Positions 25,201-38,000 of a stretch of DNA of 64,000 nucleotides are shown piece after piece. The DNA comes from Geosiphon pyriformis uo1 (Eukaryota > Fungi > Glomeromycota). Each line of letters begins with the position of its first letter. Position 1 is the first letter of the stretch. The notes beneath the pieces are model-generated. The model was not told the DNA's origin. It saw nothing but the letters and a program-made list of their open reading frames with translations, and did no database searches. A program made the position numbers and the translations under genes. Location: assembly GCA_016748015.1 (NCBI GenBank), contig JAAOMT010000671.1, positions 125,665-189,664 of the forward strand, read 5' to 3'.

Positions 25201-28200
25201 ATTAAAGCAAGTTACTACCAATTTGGATCTGGGAAGAAAAAGGAAAAAAGAAAGAAAGGGAAAGTAAAAACACATAAAATCTCAACCCTACATATATTCC
25301 ATACTTGGCACCACAACCACAAACCAGTTACTATTGACCCAAGCTAGTATGTGTTGATTGTGGTAAGAAATTGTTGACAATGAACACATGCTGTAGCAAC
25401 AATGAGGAATACCAAATGGCAACTAAGTTTTATTGCCACTCATGTGTTATTGAACACTTTAGAAGACCAAAACAAGTTGGAAAATAGGATAACAAACCAT
25501 GTTTGACTTGTGGAGAAATTCTTCTAGATGAAAGAATGTGGAATGACATTCCTGGGTAAGGAGGAACATGTAATAAATTATGTCAATACATGATTCTAAT
25601 AAGTAACTGGGTTAGAAAAAAAACACCAATAGAAGCCACTTAAATAGATGTTCACATGATGATAATAAAATTTGGCAAATGACACTTGCCAAAATCAAAG
25701 GAGTGTTATATAAAGAAATAAGAACAATCAAAAACAACTTACTAAAACTCATAAAACTAGACTGGAACCCAAAACCAATCATAAATTTTCTGAATTCAGA
25801 ACAATTCCATGAACACTACCAAGAATTAGTGCTTATGAGAAAAGAGCAAGAGCAATGCTTAGAGCAGCTGAACACTTGACTGTGTCAATACTGCTTAATC
25901 CCATGTGACTTCCAATATTGTAATAAGTGTAACCTTATTTACAATTCACTATCATACATGATCTACACAATTCCAGAAGAAGACAAACCAATCAGCAGCT
26001 ATGCATTAGAATCAGATTCAACTTTCAATTCCAATTTAAACTCTGACAATGACAACAACAAAAACAACAGTTCCAGTTCTGCTTAATATGACAACAAAAA
26101 TAACAATAATTTGGATTCCAATTCAAATCCTGAAACATACATAGCACTTTTTAATCTCTTTAAAGAACAAGAACTCAGATGGTTCAGTAATAATAATGAA
26201 GGTATTATGCCAGAACATGTACATGATACCAATGCAGGGTTTGATCTGAGATATCCCAAAAAATATGCTATTAAATTAGAACCACATTCACACATCTGTA
26301 TTGATCTTAAAATAGTACTAGAAATTCTAGCAACAACAATGGTTCAACTAGCATCCAAGAATAGTTTAGCAAAAAAAGAAATCAACATCAAAGAAAGAAT
26401 AATTGATACAGGATATATGAAAAATATCATTGCTATGCTACAAAATAACTCGGAAAAGACCTATATTATAGAGCCAAACAAAAAGATAGCACAGACAATA
26501 TTCCTGTTTCTGGTTAAAATAGCTCAATTAGTATCAATGGAAAACAGGAAAGAATTAGGGATAACAGCAAGAGAAATACAAGAATTCAGATCAATAGGTA
26601 GAATAGATGTACTAATTAATATGGCAGAAAAAGAGGTTATTAACAAGAGAGAAATTATCTCTACCCATCAATCAATTTCTATTCCACCATATGACTAGTA
26701 TATAGTAACTATAGAGAGAAAAGTAAAGAATCAGGTTCAGATTTTTGAGGCAGAAGCATATCAACCAAGAACTACAGTTACATAAAAATTCCCATTTACA
26801 ACAACATGGGAAATGTTATTAAGATACCAGAAGAAACTACCATTGGATACTTAACCACTAAAATTGAAGACCAACTGCCAGACACTATTCTAGACTTTCC
26901 ACAACTTTGCAGATATGTGGATATTACATCTCAAACAATATACAGACAAGAAGAATGTTATCTGCTCTAACCAAAACAATTAGAACAGATAAACTTGAGA
27001 AATTTAGACCCACTACAATGTATACAGCTTAAAATGTTACTCAACAATTTCAACAACATATTTGCCAGCAAAAATGAATTTGGCAGAACTAACATTATTC
27101 AACATCAGATAAAAACTGGGGACACAATGCCAATAAAAAGCAAAGAGCATACAGAATACCACCAGCCAGCCATGAAATCATTTGTCAAGAAATTAACCAA
27201 ATGCTTGACAACAGGTTAATTCAGCCATCAATGAGCCTATGGTCATCACCAGTAGTATTAATCTGTAAGAAAAATGGAAAAATCCATTTTTGTGTGGATT
27301 ACCAAAAACTGAATGGACTAACAAAAGGAGATAGCTACCCAACTCCAAAGATCCAAGAACTTTTTGATGCTTTTGAAGAAAAGAAATGGTTTTTAACTTT
27401 AGACTTAAACAGTGGTTACTGACAAGTAGCTATAAAACCAGAAGATAAAAAGAAAACAGCTTTTACAACTCAAGAAAAAAATTTCGAATTTAAAGTGATG
27501 CCATTTGGCTTAATGAATGCTCCAGCCACTTTCCAATAACTTATAGAAATTGTTTATACTGGGCTACTATAGAAATTAATAGTCATATACTTAGATAATA
27601 TCAATGTGTTCTCAAAAACATTTGATGATCACTTGCATTATTTCTAACAAGTATTTGAAAGACTAAGAAGAGCTGAATTGAAGCTAAATGCCACCAAGTG
27701 TTTTTTTGGAAAAACAGAACTCAAGTTTTTGGAACATGTTGTGAACAAAGATGGTATCAAAACAGATTCAGATAAGATTGAGATTGTTAAAAACTTTCCA
27801 GTACTCACCAACTTGACTGAATTATGAGCATTCTTGGGATTTGTAGGATACTACTATTGCTTTATCAAAAACTTTTCCAAAATAGCTTAACCACTACACC
27901 AAATACAAATAGACTAAAATCCAACAAAAAGTCTTTGACACACTAAGAAGAAAACTTATTCAAGCCCCAATATTAATCTATCCAAATTACAGCAAACCAT
28001 TTATCATCACTACCAATGCATCAGACCAAGTATTGGGAGCAGTACTATTGCAGAGAGGACCAGAGGAAAGAAAACATCCAGTAGCTTATACCAGTAAAAA
28101 CTTAAGTTCAGCTGAAAAAAACTATGAAACTCTAGTACTGGAACACTTGGCTATATATTGGGCTGTCATTAAATGAAAAAAATACTTAAGTTAAAAGTTT

Positions 28201-28371
28201 GATGTATACACTAATCACAAAGTATTGACTTCAATCCAGAAGCAAGAATTTGGAAACAATTGCTATGCCAGATAGAAAATAGAACTTTCACTATTTAATT
28301 ATATAGTACATTACAAAAAAAGAAAAGAAAATGGAAATGCTAACAGATTGTCACAAATAAGACAAATCTAA
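22266..28371 (+). pseudogene. gag-PR-Cys-rich-dUTPase-RT-RNase H polyprotein of E
   Basis: VAESEII N-terminus, MAYTPIAKL capsid start (23227), LILDSGSA (24528-24935), AGFDLRYP dUTPase (26111-26698), RT (27201 onward); ends LSQIRQI*. Confidence 0.9.
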
Positions 28372-28403
28372 AAACATTTTCAACCCAAAAATATAACAAA
28401 AAA

Positions 28404-29780
28404 ATGAATATACAAAAATACCAACAACTCCAATATTATATAAATATCCAATTGTTCAAGAAAAAATTATCTCAAAAAGAACAAAACAACATAAAACAGT
28501 AATCAAAATATTTTATTAACCATCAAAATATACTTTACTGGAAGAACAAAAAAAATTCAGATCAATCAACCAAAGTAATCACAGAACCAGAGAAAGAGAC
28601 AATATTATTCAACATGCACTCAGATCCAACAGCAGGACATTTCTATAAAGAAGCAACCATAGAAAGAACCAAAAAAAGATACTATTGGCCATCAATATAT
28701 TTGAATATTATCTAATATGTGCAAAATTGTGATGCTTGTCAGAGAAGAAAAGAAACAAAATCCAATAAACCATTAAGACCAATTAAAGTGAGACAATTAT
28801 TTAATCATATTAGAATTAACTTAGTTGGATCATTAACAATCACCAGCAAAGGCAACAGATATATTGCAGTAGCCATAAATTATCTCACAAAATGGCCAGA
28901 AGCAAAAGTCATTCAAAGAGTAGATGCAGAATTTATTGCCAAATTTGTTCATCAAGATTTGATCTGTTAACACAAATGTCCAAAAAAACTACTATTAGAT
29001 CAAGAAACTCATTTTGTGAATAGAAAATTGGCAGAATTAAGTCAAAAATTTGGAATAAAAAGACTATTATTATTACCATACCATCTACAAACAAATGGAT
29101 TAGTTGAAAAGTTTAACAGAACATTGTGTAAAGTCATTGCCAAAATCAGCCAAAAAAACCAGGATGAATAGGATTTGATTATACTATTAGTATTATTTAC
29201 TTATTGGACAATAAAGTAAGACATGACACAAGCAACACTATTTAAACTAGTATATAATAGAACAGCAATCTTACCAGTTGAGATAGAAGTCAAAACATAT
29301 TTAGCAGAACCAATAACAGAAGAGAATTTTCAAAAAACATTGTTGAAAAGAACATATGATGTAATAGAAACACTAGAAAATACATGGTGAAAAGCAGCTA
29401 ATAACATCCAAAAGTCACAAAAAAAACAAAAAAAAAGACATGATAATCAACTACTAAATAAACCAGTCAAATTTAGGATTGAAAACAAAGTACTTTTACA
29501 TTATACCAAAGCAAAAAAACAATGGAGTGGAAAATTTGATCCCAAATAGAACAGACCATTTTACATAAAGGAAATTCTTGGAAATGGAGCTTATAAACTA
29601 AGATAGGACAACAAAATCTTAGCCAAAGCAGCACATAGTGATTAACTGAAACCATATCACCATATAGTGTCACCATCTATCAGTGATATTCCACAATTAG
29701 AAGTACAGAAAATACTAATCCAACCAAATAAAATTCCATGAGATTTAAAACCAATTATAATCATTGAACCAAATATGTAA
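28404..29780 (+). pseudogene. Integrase of E
   Basis: MNIQKYQQLQYY start in frame with ORF 28719-28970 (CDAC, KWPEA); GPF-like C-terminus. Confidence 0.87.
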
Positions 29781-29819
29781 AATTAAACAACCACAAGAAT
29801 ATATAAAGACACAGTATAT

Positions 29820-30470
29820 ATGACAAAAGACAACAGAAAAATAGAAATTACTAATGGCATTTACTTACTAGTACAACAACTTTTTCAACTGATTCAACAA
29901 CAAGAAATGGAAATTACAATCAACTAATAAACTATCAAATACACAAACATCAGAAAAAAACCATGAGATAAAATATGAAGAAAAACAGAAAACACTGTGG
30001 ATAAAATAATCACAAAAGTGAAATTGGCAATAGAAATACAACCAAAAGTCATCTACTATCAAGAGTTAACTATAGAAACTTGGAATTAGTGGATACAACA
30101 ATTTCTGAGAAACTTTTGTTACTTTTATTTGGAACAACCCTTGAACATTTAGGGCTTGTATATGGATAAAACAAAATGATTATTTAACACAACAATACTG
30201 CAACAACTGGAACAATTTGTGGGGAAGAACAATTTGACCACACAAGCAAAAGCCATTTATTGACTACACATTGGATTTCAAGATCGACCAGAAATCTTAC
30301 TCAATCCAGAAATGAACTCTATTATCATTAACCAAATAGGAAAAATAACCAATGCTCAATTTGAAGAAGTACAGAACAAGATAGCACAGATAATTCTTGA
30401 AAAAAAAGTTCAAGAAATACTCAAAGACAGAGAACTAGAATTAGGAGATCTTGATAGAACTTAATATTAA
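29820..30470 (+). pseudogene. ORF3 of E (217 codons)
   Basis: One frame from ATG 29820 to TAA 30470; homologous to G 32942-33598. Confidence 0.72.
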
Positions 30471-30484
30471 AAAGGAAGAAATAA

Positions 30485-31335
30485 TATTACTTATAGAATA
30501 TAAGAAGTATATTAGCATATAAATTAGCCAATCAGAAGTAGCCGTAGTAAATGTGAAATTCCAAGATTCCTCTTAAAGAAATTGCAGAATTCCAGAAATT
30601 TCAGAATTCTTGTACAAGGAATTGCAAAATTCCAGAATTTCAAGCTTCCTCTTAAAAGAATTGCAGAATTTCTGGTGTAAAAAATTGAGAAATTGAGAAA
30701 TCTCAATTATGTATATATATTAGTAGTATTAGAAATAGAAAAGACAGACCTCTCAGTTTAGATCTAATCTAAAAAACCTTCCATTTACAAATATCAATAA
30801 AATAATTATTCTCTATTTTAAATCTACTCTCCACTATCAACACTTTATGTTGATAGTAATTGATACTTAACTACACTAGAACAATAGCTTTTAATTACGG
30901 CTATTGACAGAATACCAACTTTTATTGCCTTGGTTTATTTCCTTATTTTTTTTTATTTTTTTTATTTTTTTTTTTATTTCTTTATTATGTACTAATTAAT
31001 TAAAGAATTAAAGTGCTGAGTTATTGATGTCAAAGATAAGCCTGATAAAAGACCTCAAAGAAAGGGTATAACATTGAAAATTTTAAAATAGCTTATCAGA
31101 AGGGCATCTCTGCCAGATTACTGGCCATTACACTGAGAAAAAAATTTGACAGAATTGCAATTCTGGGAGGCTATTGAGAAGACAACAAATAAATTTCTGT
31201 TCATTATACAAAGGACTCAACAAACAAAAACCTTCAGATATAAACAACCTTCAGAAATCAACATTATTATATCCATTAAACACCAAGTTATGGATTTGTT
31301 ATTTGATTTGAGACCCCAAATAATTATCTGTAACA
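30485..31335 (+). repeat. 3' LTR of E
   Basis: Matches 11423-11855 plus 21761-22203. Confidence 0.93.
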
Positions 31336-32941
31336 GCAGTTTCTTGATAAGTTTATGTGAGTATAATCATTCTCAGCCACTAATTATTTCTTCTGTGGTT
31401 GTGTTTTCTTTGGGTTTATTTTCTTTTTTTTCTTTTTTTTTGTCATCCCAAGAAAGTACTGGTAGCAATTCATTGTGATTGATGTTAGTCCATGAGACTT
31501 GGTAGGCTTCCCAGGTAGGTTTTTTTTTTTTTCGAATTCTATAAGTGGTATTAGTGTTGTGTTCATTTAAAAATGGCCGCACATGACTGGTACTCATGTG
31601 TGTTGACTGTTCTAACTGAGTTAAAGCTCTTGTGTGGTCCAATCAAGCACTGCATTGGTTTTAAACAACCAATTATTGCCAACTAGTGCTTAGTATTGTG
31701 TGGCTTCTATCATTAAGACTTTGATAAGAGTAAAGATGCCATTGATTTTAAATGAAAAGTTATTAATTTCACTGATTGGAATTTTGGTGGCTCTATCAGC
31801 TATAATTATTTTAGCACTAATGGTGTGATCAATTTGGTGACTTAATTGGTCCATGAATTGTTGGGTAATTATGCTGCCAGCTGATCTATTATTTAGGATT
31901 AGTTTAATGGAATGACCATTAACTTTGATATCAGTGTATATCGCAGTAATAAGTTTATTGTTAAGAGTGATTCTACTAAATAATAAAACTAGAGCAATTT
32001 TTTCAAGTTCAAAAAAGAATATGGCAGCAAGAGTTTTGTTTTTAGTATTGATAACTGGTAGAATGTTGCTGGTAGGTGGTGTTATAGATGATTATTTGGA
32101 GTCTCAAATCAAATAACAAATCCATAACTTGGTGCTTGGTATGTTGATAATGCTGGTAATACCAATATGTTAGTTGTATCTGAAGATTTTAGGGTGGAGT
32201 TCTTTGTATAATGGACAGAGATTTAATTGATGGTTTTATCTATAGCTTCCTGAAACTGCAGTTTTGTCAAATTTTTTTCTCAGCATGGTGGCTGGTAATC
32301 CTTTTGGTAAGCTATCCTCAAATCTATAAGTGTTTTACCTTTGTTTCACAGGTCTTTTACCAGCCTCTATAACGTCTGTATTTCAGCACTTAATTCTTAA
32401 TCAATTTAGCAAAACCAAAGAAATAACAAAGAAATAAAAAAAATAAAAGAAAATAAAAAAACAAATAAAAGCAATTGCAAGTTAGTATTCCGTCAATAGC
32501 CATAATTAAGAGCTATTGTTCCAGTGTAGTTAAGTATCAATTACTATCAACATGAAGTGTTGATAGTGGAAAATGGATTAAGATAGTAAATAATTATTTA
32601 TTGATATTTGTGAATTGGAAAAGTTGCTTCAATGAAATTTAAACTGAAAGGTTTGTCTTTTCTACTTCTAATGTTACCATTATATATACATAATTTGGGT
32701 TCTATAAGATTGCTCATATTCTCGAGCGATGTGCTATAATTTCTCAAGCAATGCTCACATTGCTGAGCAATATGCCATATTTTCTTGACATTGTTCCATA
32801 TTGCTGAGTAATGTGCCATGATTTCTGACATTGTTCCACATTGCTGAACAATGTGTTTACGTGCTAATTATTACTCTCTTATTGGTCTTCTATTTTTTTT
32901 ATATCTGTTTTCTTTTTATGAGTAACATTATCTCCTCCTTT

Positions 32942-33598
32942 TTAATATTGAGCTCTGTCAAAATCTTTGTTTTGAATTAATTCTAATACTTCTTTTTTAA
33001 GTATTGTTTGTTTGACTCTGTTTCTTATGTTTTCTACTTGTGTTTTGTTCATTCTTCCCCATTGGTTAATGGTTATGGTTTCCATGTCAGAGTGTAACAG
33101 TATTTCTGGATAGTTCCAAAATATGTTGTATAGTCAGTACATTGTTTTAATGTGTAGTGTTGAATTTGTTTTCTTTCTGATAAATTCTTTAATTTGTTGT
33201 ATTATGTCTTGATTGAATATTCTCTTGGATTTGTTGATATACAACTCTTGAATATTCAACTTTTGACCTAATTGGTAATAGCAATATGATATTAGAAGTC
33301 GTTTTGTTTATTGTTTTCAATTTTTTTTGTAAGCTCTTCTGTTGGTGCCATAATAAGTATTTTTCCAAAAGTGTTCTTCACTTTTTCTATTAAGTTATCT
33401 GTCCAGTTTTTATCATTTTTTGGTGGCCACTGATATGGTGTATTCTTTGTCTTTCTTTAAGTGTTTCGATAACAAATTATTTGGTTGTAAATAACAATTT
33501 CCATGTCTAATTGTTGTTTACTTAAGACTTGAAACAATTGTTAAGCTATAGTGTGAATATGATCTGATATTTCCATTTTTCTTGGTTGCTTTTGTCAT
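32942..33598 (-). pseudogene. ORF3 of G (219 codons)
   Basis: ATG 33598 and TAA 32942-32944 in frame; SYCYYQLGQKL...YPEILLHSDM...QWGRMNK aligns with E ORF3. Confidence 0.7.
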
Positions 33599-33639
33599 GT
33601 GTACTGTGTCTTTATATACTCTTTTGATTGTTCAATTTG

Positions 33640-35014
33640 ATGTGTTTGGTTCAATAACTATGATTGGTTTCAGATCTCATGGAATCTTATCTGGCTAAAC
33701 TAGTATTCTTTGTACTCCCAGTTGTGGAATGTTATTGGTGAATGATGATGCTATCTGGTAATATGGTTTCAGTCAATCCCTATGTGCTGCTTTGACTAAG
33801 ATTTTGTTGTTTCATCTTAATTTATAAGCTCTATTTCCAAGAATTTCTCCTATGTGAAATGGTCCATCTCATTTGGAGTCAAATTTTCTATTTCATTGTT
33901 TTTCTGCTTTGGTACAATGTAATAGTACTTTGTCTCCAATCTTGAATTCAACTGGTTTATCTGGTAGTTGGTTATCATGTCATTTTTTTTGCTTTTCTTA
34001 TGACTTTTGGATATTATCAGCTGTTTTTTGTCATTTGTTTTCTAGTGTTTTCATTAAGTCATATGTTTTTCTCAACAATGTTTCTGGGAAATTATCTTCT
34101 GTTATTGGTTCAGTTGAATATGTATTGACCTCTATCTTAACTGATAATGTTGCTGTTCTACCATATACCAATTCAAATGGTGTTGCTTGTGTGGTATCTT
34201 GCTTCATTGTCTAATAAGCAAATAATACTGATGGTATAAACAAATTCCATTCCTTTTGATTTTCTTAGCTGATTTTTGCAATTGCTTCACACAGTGTTCT
34301 ATTGAATCTTTCTATTAATCCATTGGTTTATGAATAGTATGGTGATAACAATGGTCTTTTAATTTCAAATCTTTGACTTAATTCTGTCAATGTTCTGTTT
34401 ACAAAGTAGGTTTTTTGATCTGATAATAGTTCTTTTGGACATCTATGTTGACAGATTAAATCTTGATGAATGAATTCAGCAATGAATTCTACATCTGCTC
34501 TTTGAATAGCTTTTGCTTCTGGCCATTTTGTGAAATAGTCTATGGCTACTGCAATATATCTGTTGCCTCTGCTGGTGATTGTTAATGGTCCTACCAAGTC
34601 AATTCCAATATAGTTGAATGGTTGTTTCACTTTGATTGGTCTTAATGATTCACTGGGTTTTGTTTCATCTCTTCTTTGACAAACATCACAACTTTGAATA
34701 TATTGAATAATATCTGAATACATTGATGGCCAATAGTATCTTTTTCTGGTTCTTTCTATGATTGCTTCTTTATGAAAATGTTCTGCTGTTGGATCTGAAT
34801 ACATGTTAAATAGTATTGTCTCTTTTTCTGGTTTAGTGATTACTTTGGTTGGTTGATCTGGATTTCTTCTGTTCTTTTGGTAAAGTACATTTTAATGGTT
34901 GATAAAATATTTTGATTGTTGTTTTATGTTCTTTTGTTCCTTTTGAGATAATTTCTCCTTGAACAATTGAGTATTTATATAATGTTGTAGTTGTTGGTAT
35001 TTTTTAATATTCAT
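33640..35014 (-). pseudogene. Integrase of G
   Basis: MNIKKYQQLQHY start in frame with ORF 34328-34804 (GIDLVGP, KWPEA). Confidence 0.87.
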
Positions 35015-35043
35015 CTTTTGTTATATTTTTGGATTGAAATGTT

Positions 35044-38000
35044 TTAGATTTGTCTTATTTGTGACAAACTGTTGGCATTTCCATTGTTTTTTCTCTTTTT
35101 ATAATATACTGTATAATTAAATAGTAAAAGTTCTATTTTCCATCTGGTATAGCAATCATCTCCAAATTTTTGTTTCTAGATTAAAATCAATTCTTTGTGA
35201 TTAGTGTATACATCGAACTTCTGACTCAAGTATTTTTTCTATTTGATAACAGCCTAATAAATAGTTAAGTGTTCTAGTACTGGAGTTCCATAGTTTTTTT
35301 CCACTGGACTTAAGCTTCTACTGGCATAAGCTATTAGATGTTCTCTTCCATTCGGTCTTCTTTGTGATAGTACTGCTCCCAACACTTGACCAGATACATC
35401 AGTGGTAATCATAAATAGTTTGCTGTGATCTGGATACATCAATATTGGAGCTTGAATAAGCTTTCTTCTTAATGTGTTGAATGCTTTTTGTTGAGTTTTG
35501 GTCTATTCATATTTCACATTCTTGGTTTGTAGATGGTGAAATGGCTGAGCCAATTTCGAAAAGTCTTTGATAAAGTGGCAATAATAGCCTGCGAATCCCA
35601 AAAATGCCCTTAGTTCTATTAAGTTGGTTGGTACTAAAAAGTTCTTAACTACTTCAATCTTGTCTGGATCTGTTTTGATTCCATTTTTGCTCACCACATG
35701 TCCCAAAAACTTGAGTTCAGTTTTTTCAAAGAAATATTTGGTTGCATTTAGTTTCAATTCAGCTTTTTTTAATCTTTCAAACACTTGTTGAAGATGATAC
35801 AGATGATCATTAAATGTTTTTGAAAACACATTGGTGTTATCCAAGTATACAACTACTGATTTCTATAGTAATCTAGTATAAACAATTTCCATAAGCCATT
35901 GAAATGTTGCTGGAGCATTCATCAAGCCAAATGGCATAACTTCAAACTCAAAATTTCCCTTTCTTGTAATAAATGTTGTTTTCTCTTTGTTAGCTGGATT
36001 TATGGCTACTTGTCAGTAACCACTATCTAAATCTAGTGTTGAAAACCATTTATTTCCCCCAAAAGCATCAAATAGTTCTTGGATCTTTGGAGTTGGATAA
36101 CTATTATCTTTGGTTACTTCATTCAGTTTTTGATAATTCACACAAAAACGGATCTTTCTATTCTTCTTCTGGACTAGTACCACTGGTAATGACCATGGAC
36201 TCATTGATGGCTGAATTAGCCTATTGTCAAGCATCTGATTGATTTCTTAATGAATGATCTTATGACTAGCTGATAGTACTCTGTATGCTCTTTGCTTAAT
36301 TGGCATTGTATTTCTGATGCTGGATGATATTGGTGTGGCCAAATTCATTTTCGCTAGCAAAAATGTCATTAAAATTGCTAAGTAATATCTTTAGTTGCAT
36401 CTGTTGGAGTGGGTTTAGATTTTTCATGTTTATCTGTTCCAATTGTTCTGGTTGGAGCAGATAACATTTACTTCATCTATAGATGATTTGTAATGTAATA
36501 TCCACATATTTACAAAGTTATGGCAAATCTGGAATGTGGTTTGGTGGTTGATCCTCAACTTTGGTGGTTAAATATTCAATGATGGTTCTCTTTGGTATTT
36601 CAATAACACTTTCTGTTGTATTGTAGATGGGAATTTTGATGTTTTTGGGGCTTTTGGCTGATATGTAGAGATTAGTGAGTTCAATCTTTTCTAATTTGCA
36701 AATGGTGGCTTCTGCTTTAAACAATTGAGCTTGATTTTTTACTTTTCTTTTTATGGTTAACATATACTGGTCATATGGTGGAATGGAAATTGATTAACAG
36801 GTTGAGATAATTTCTCTTTTGTTAATAACTTTTTCTTCTGTCATATTAATTGGTACATCTATTCTACCTATTGATCCAAATCTCTATATTCCTTTAGCTA
36901 TGATCCTTAATTCTTCTCTGTTTCTTCCTGATATTAACTGTGCTACTTTCACCAGAGATAGGAATATTGCCTGGACTATCTTTTTGTTTGGGTCTATGGT
37001 ATATGCTTTTTTTGAGTCATTTTGTAGCATTGCAATGATATTTCCTACATATCCTGTATTAATTATTCCTCTTCTAATGTTGATTCTTTTTTTAGCTAAG
37101 CTACTCTTTGATGCTAATTGTACCATTGTTGTTGCTAGAATTTCCAGTGCTATTTTGAGATCAATATAAGTGTGCGAATATGGTTCCAATTTGATGAGAT
37201 ATTTTCCTGGATATCTCAGATTAAACCCTGCATCAGTATCATGCACACATTTTGACATAATATCTTTATTATTGTTACTATACTATTTGAGTTCCTGCTT
37301 CTTGGAGAGATTAGAAAGCGCGATGTATATTTCAGGGTTTGAATCAGAGTTTGAATCATTGATATTTTTGTTGCCCTTTTGAATAGAGTTAGAACTGTTA
37401 TTTTTGTTATCATCATTGTCAGAGTTTGAATCAGAATTGAAAATTGATTCTGAGTTTGATGTGCAGCTGCTCATTGGTTTATCTTCTTCAAAAATCATGT
37501 AGATTATGCGTGGTGGTAGATTGTAAATGAGGTCACACTCATTATAATATTGAAAATCACATGAGATTAAGCAATATTGACATAATCGGATGTTCAACTG
37601 CTCTAAATACTGCTCCTGTTCTTTTCTAGTGGGTGCTAAACATTGATAATGTTTATGGAATTTTTTTGGGTTATCTTTAATGTTGCCAAAGACATCAAAA
37701 GTTTGGACGTATTCAGATTCAGGAAGAGATAAAGGATTGTTTTTGATTTCCAGGAGTTTGCTGGTTGTCACACCTTCTGCTTTTGCATACGCCATTCTCC
37801 AAAGTTTATGTTTATCATGGGGATATTCTTCCAATTGTCACAACACTTGTTTTTAAACATTGTCAATTGGTGTGCCTTTGCATACTCAATTATTAATTAG
37901 GATTGTATACTGACACATTTCATCACACATTCCTTTTCATCCAGAAATGTTGTTTCACATTCCTTCATCTGGAAGAGTTTTTTCACAAGTCAAGCATAAT

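Larger units (their letters stand above)
11423..31335 (+). mobile_element. Full-length dUTPase-type Gypsy element E; 5' LTR split by D (11423-11855 + 21761-22203), 3' LTR 30485-31335
   Basis: Paired LTRs, PBS 22206-22222, PPT ~30469-30484, flanks ATAG/GCAG; all domains recognisable. Confidence 0.93.

Noticed and set aside
32715-32860. Palindromic repeats with short spacers resembling a CRISPR array (also 5483-5645, 7508-7592)
   Set aside because: Units are degenerate, spacers are short and non-unique, they lie inside LTR U3 regions, there are no cas genes and the context is eukaryotic.
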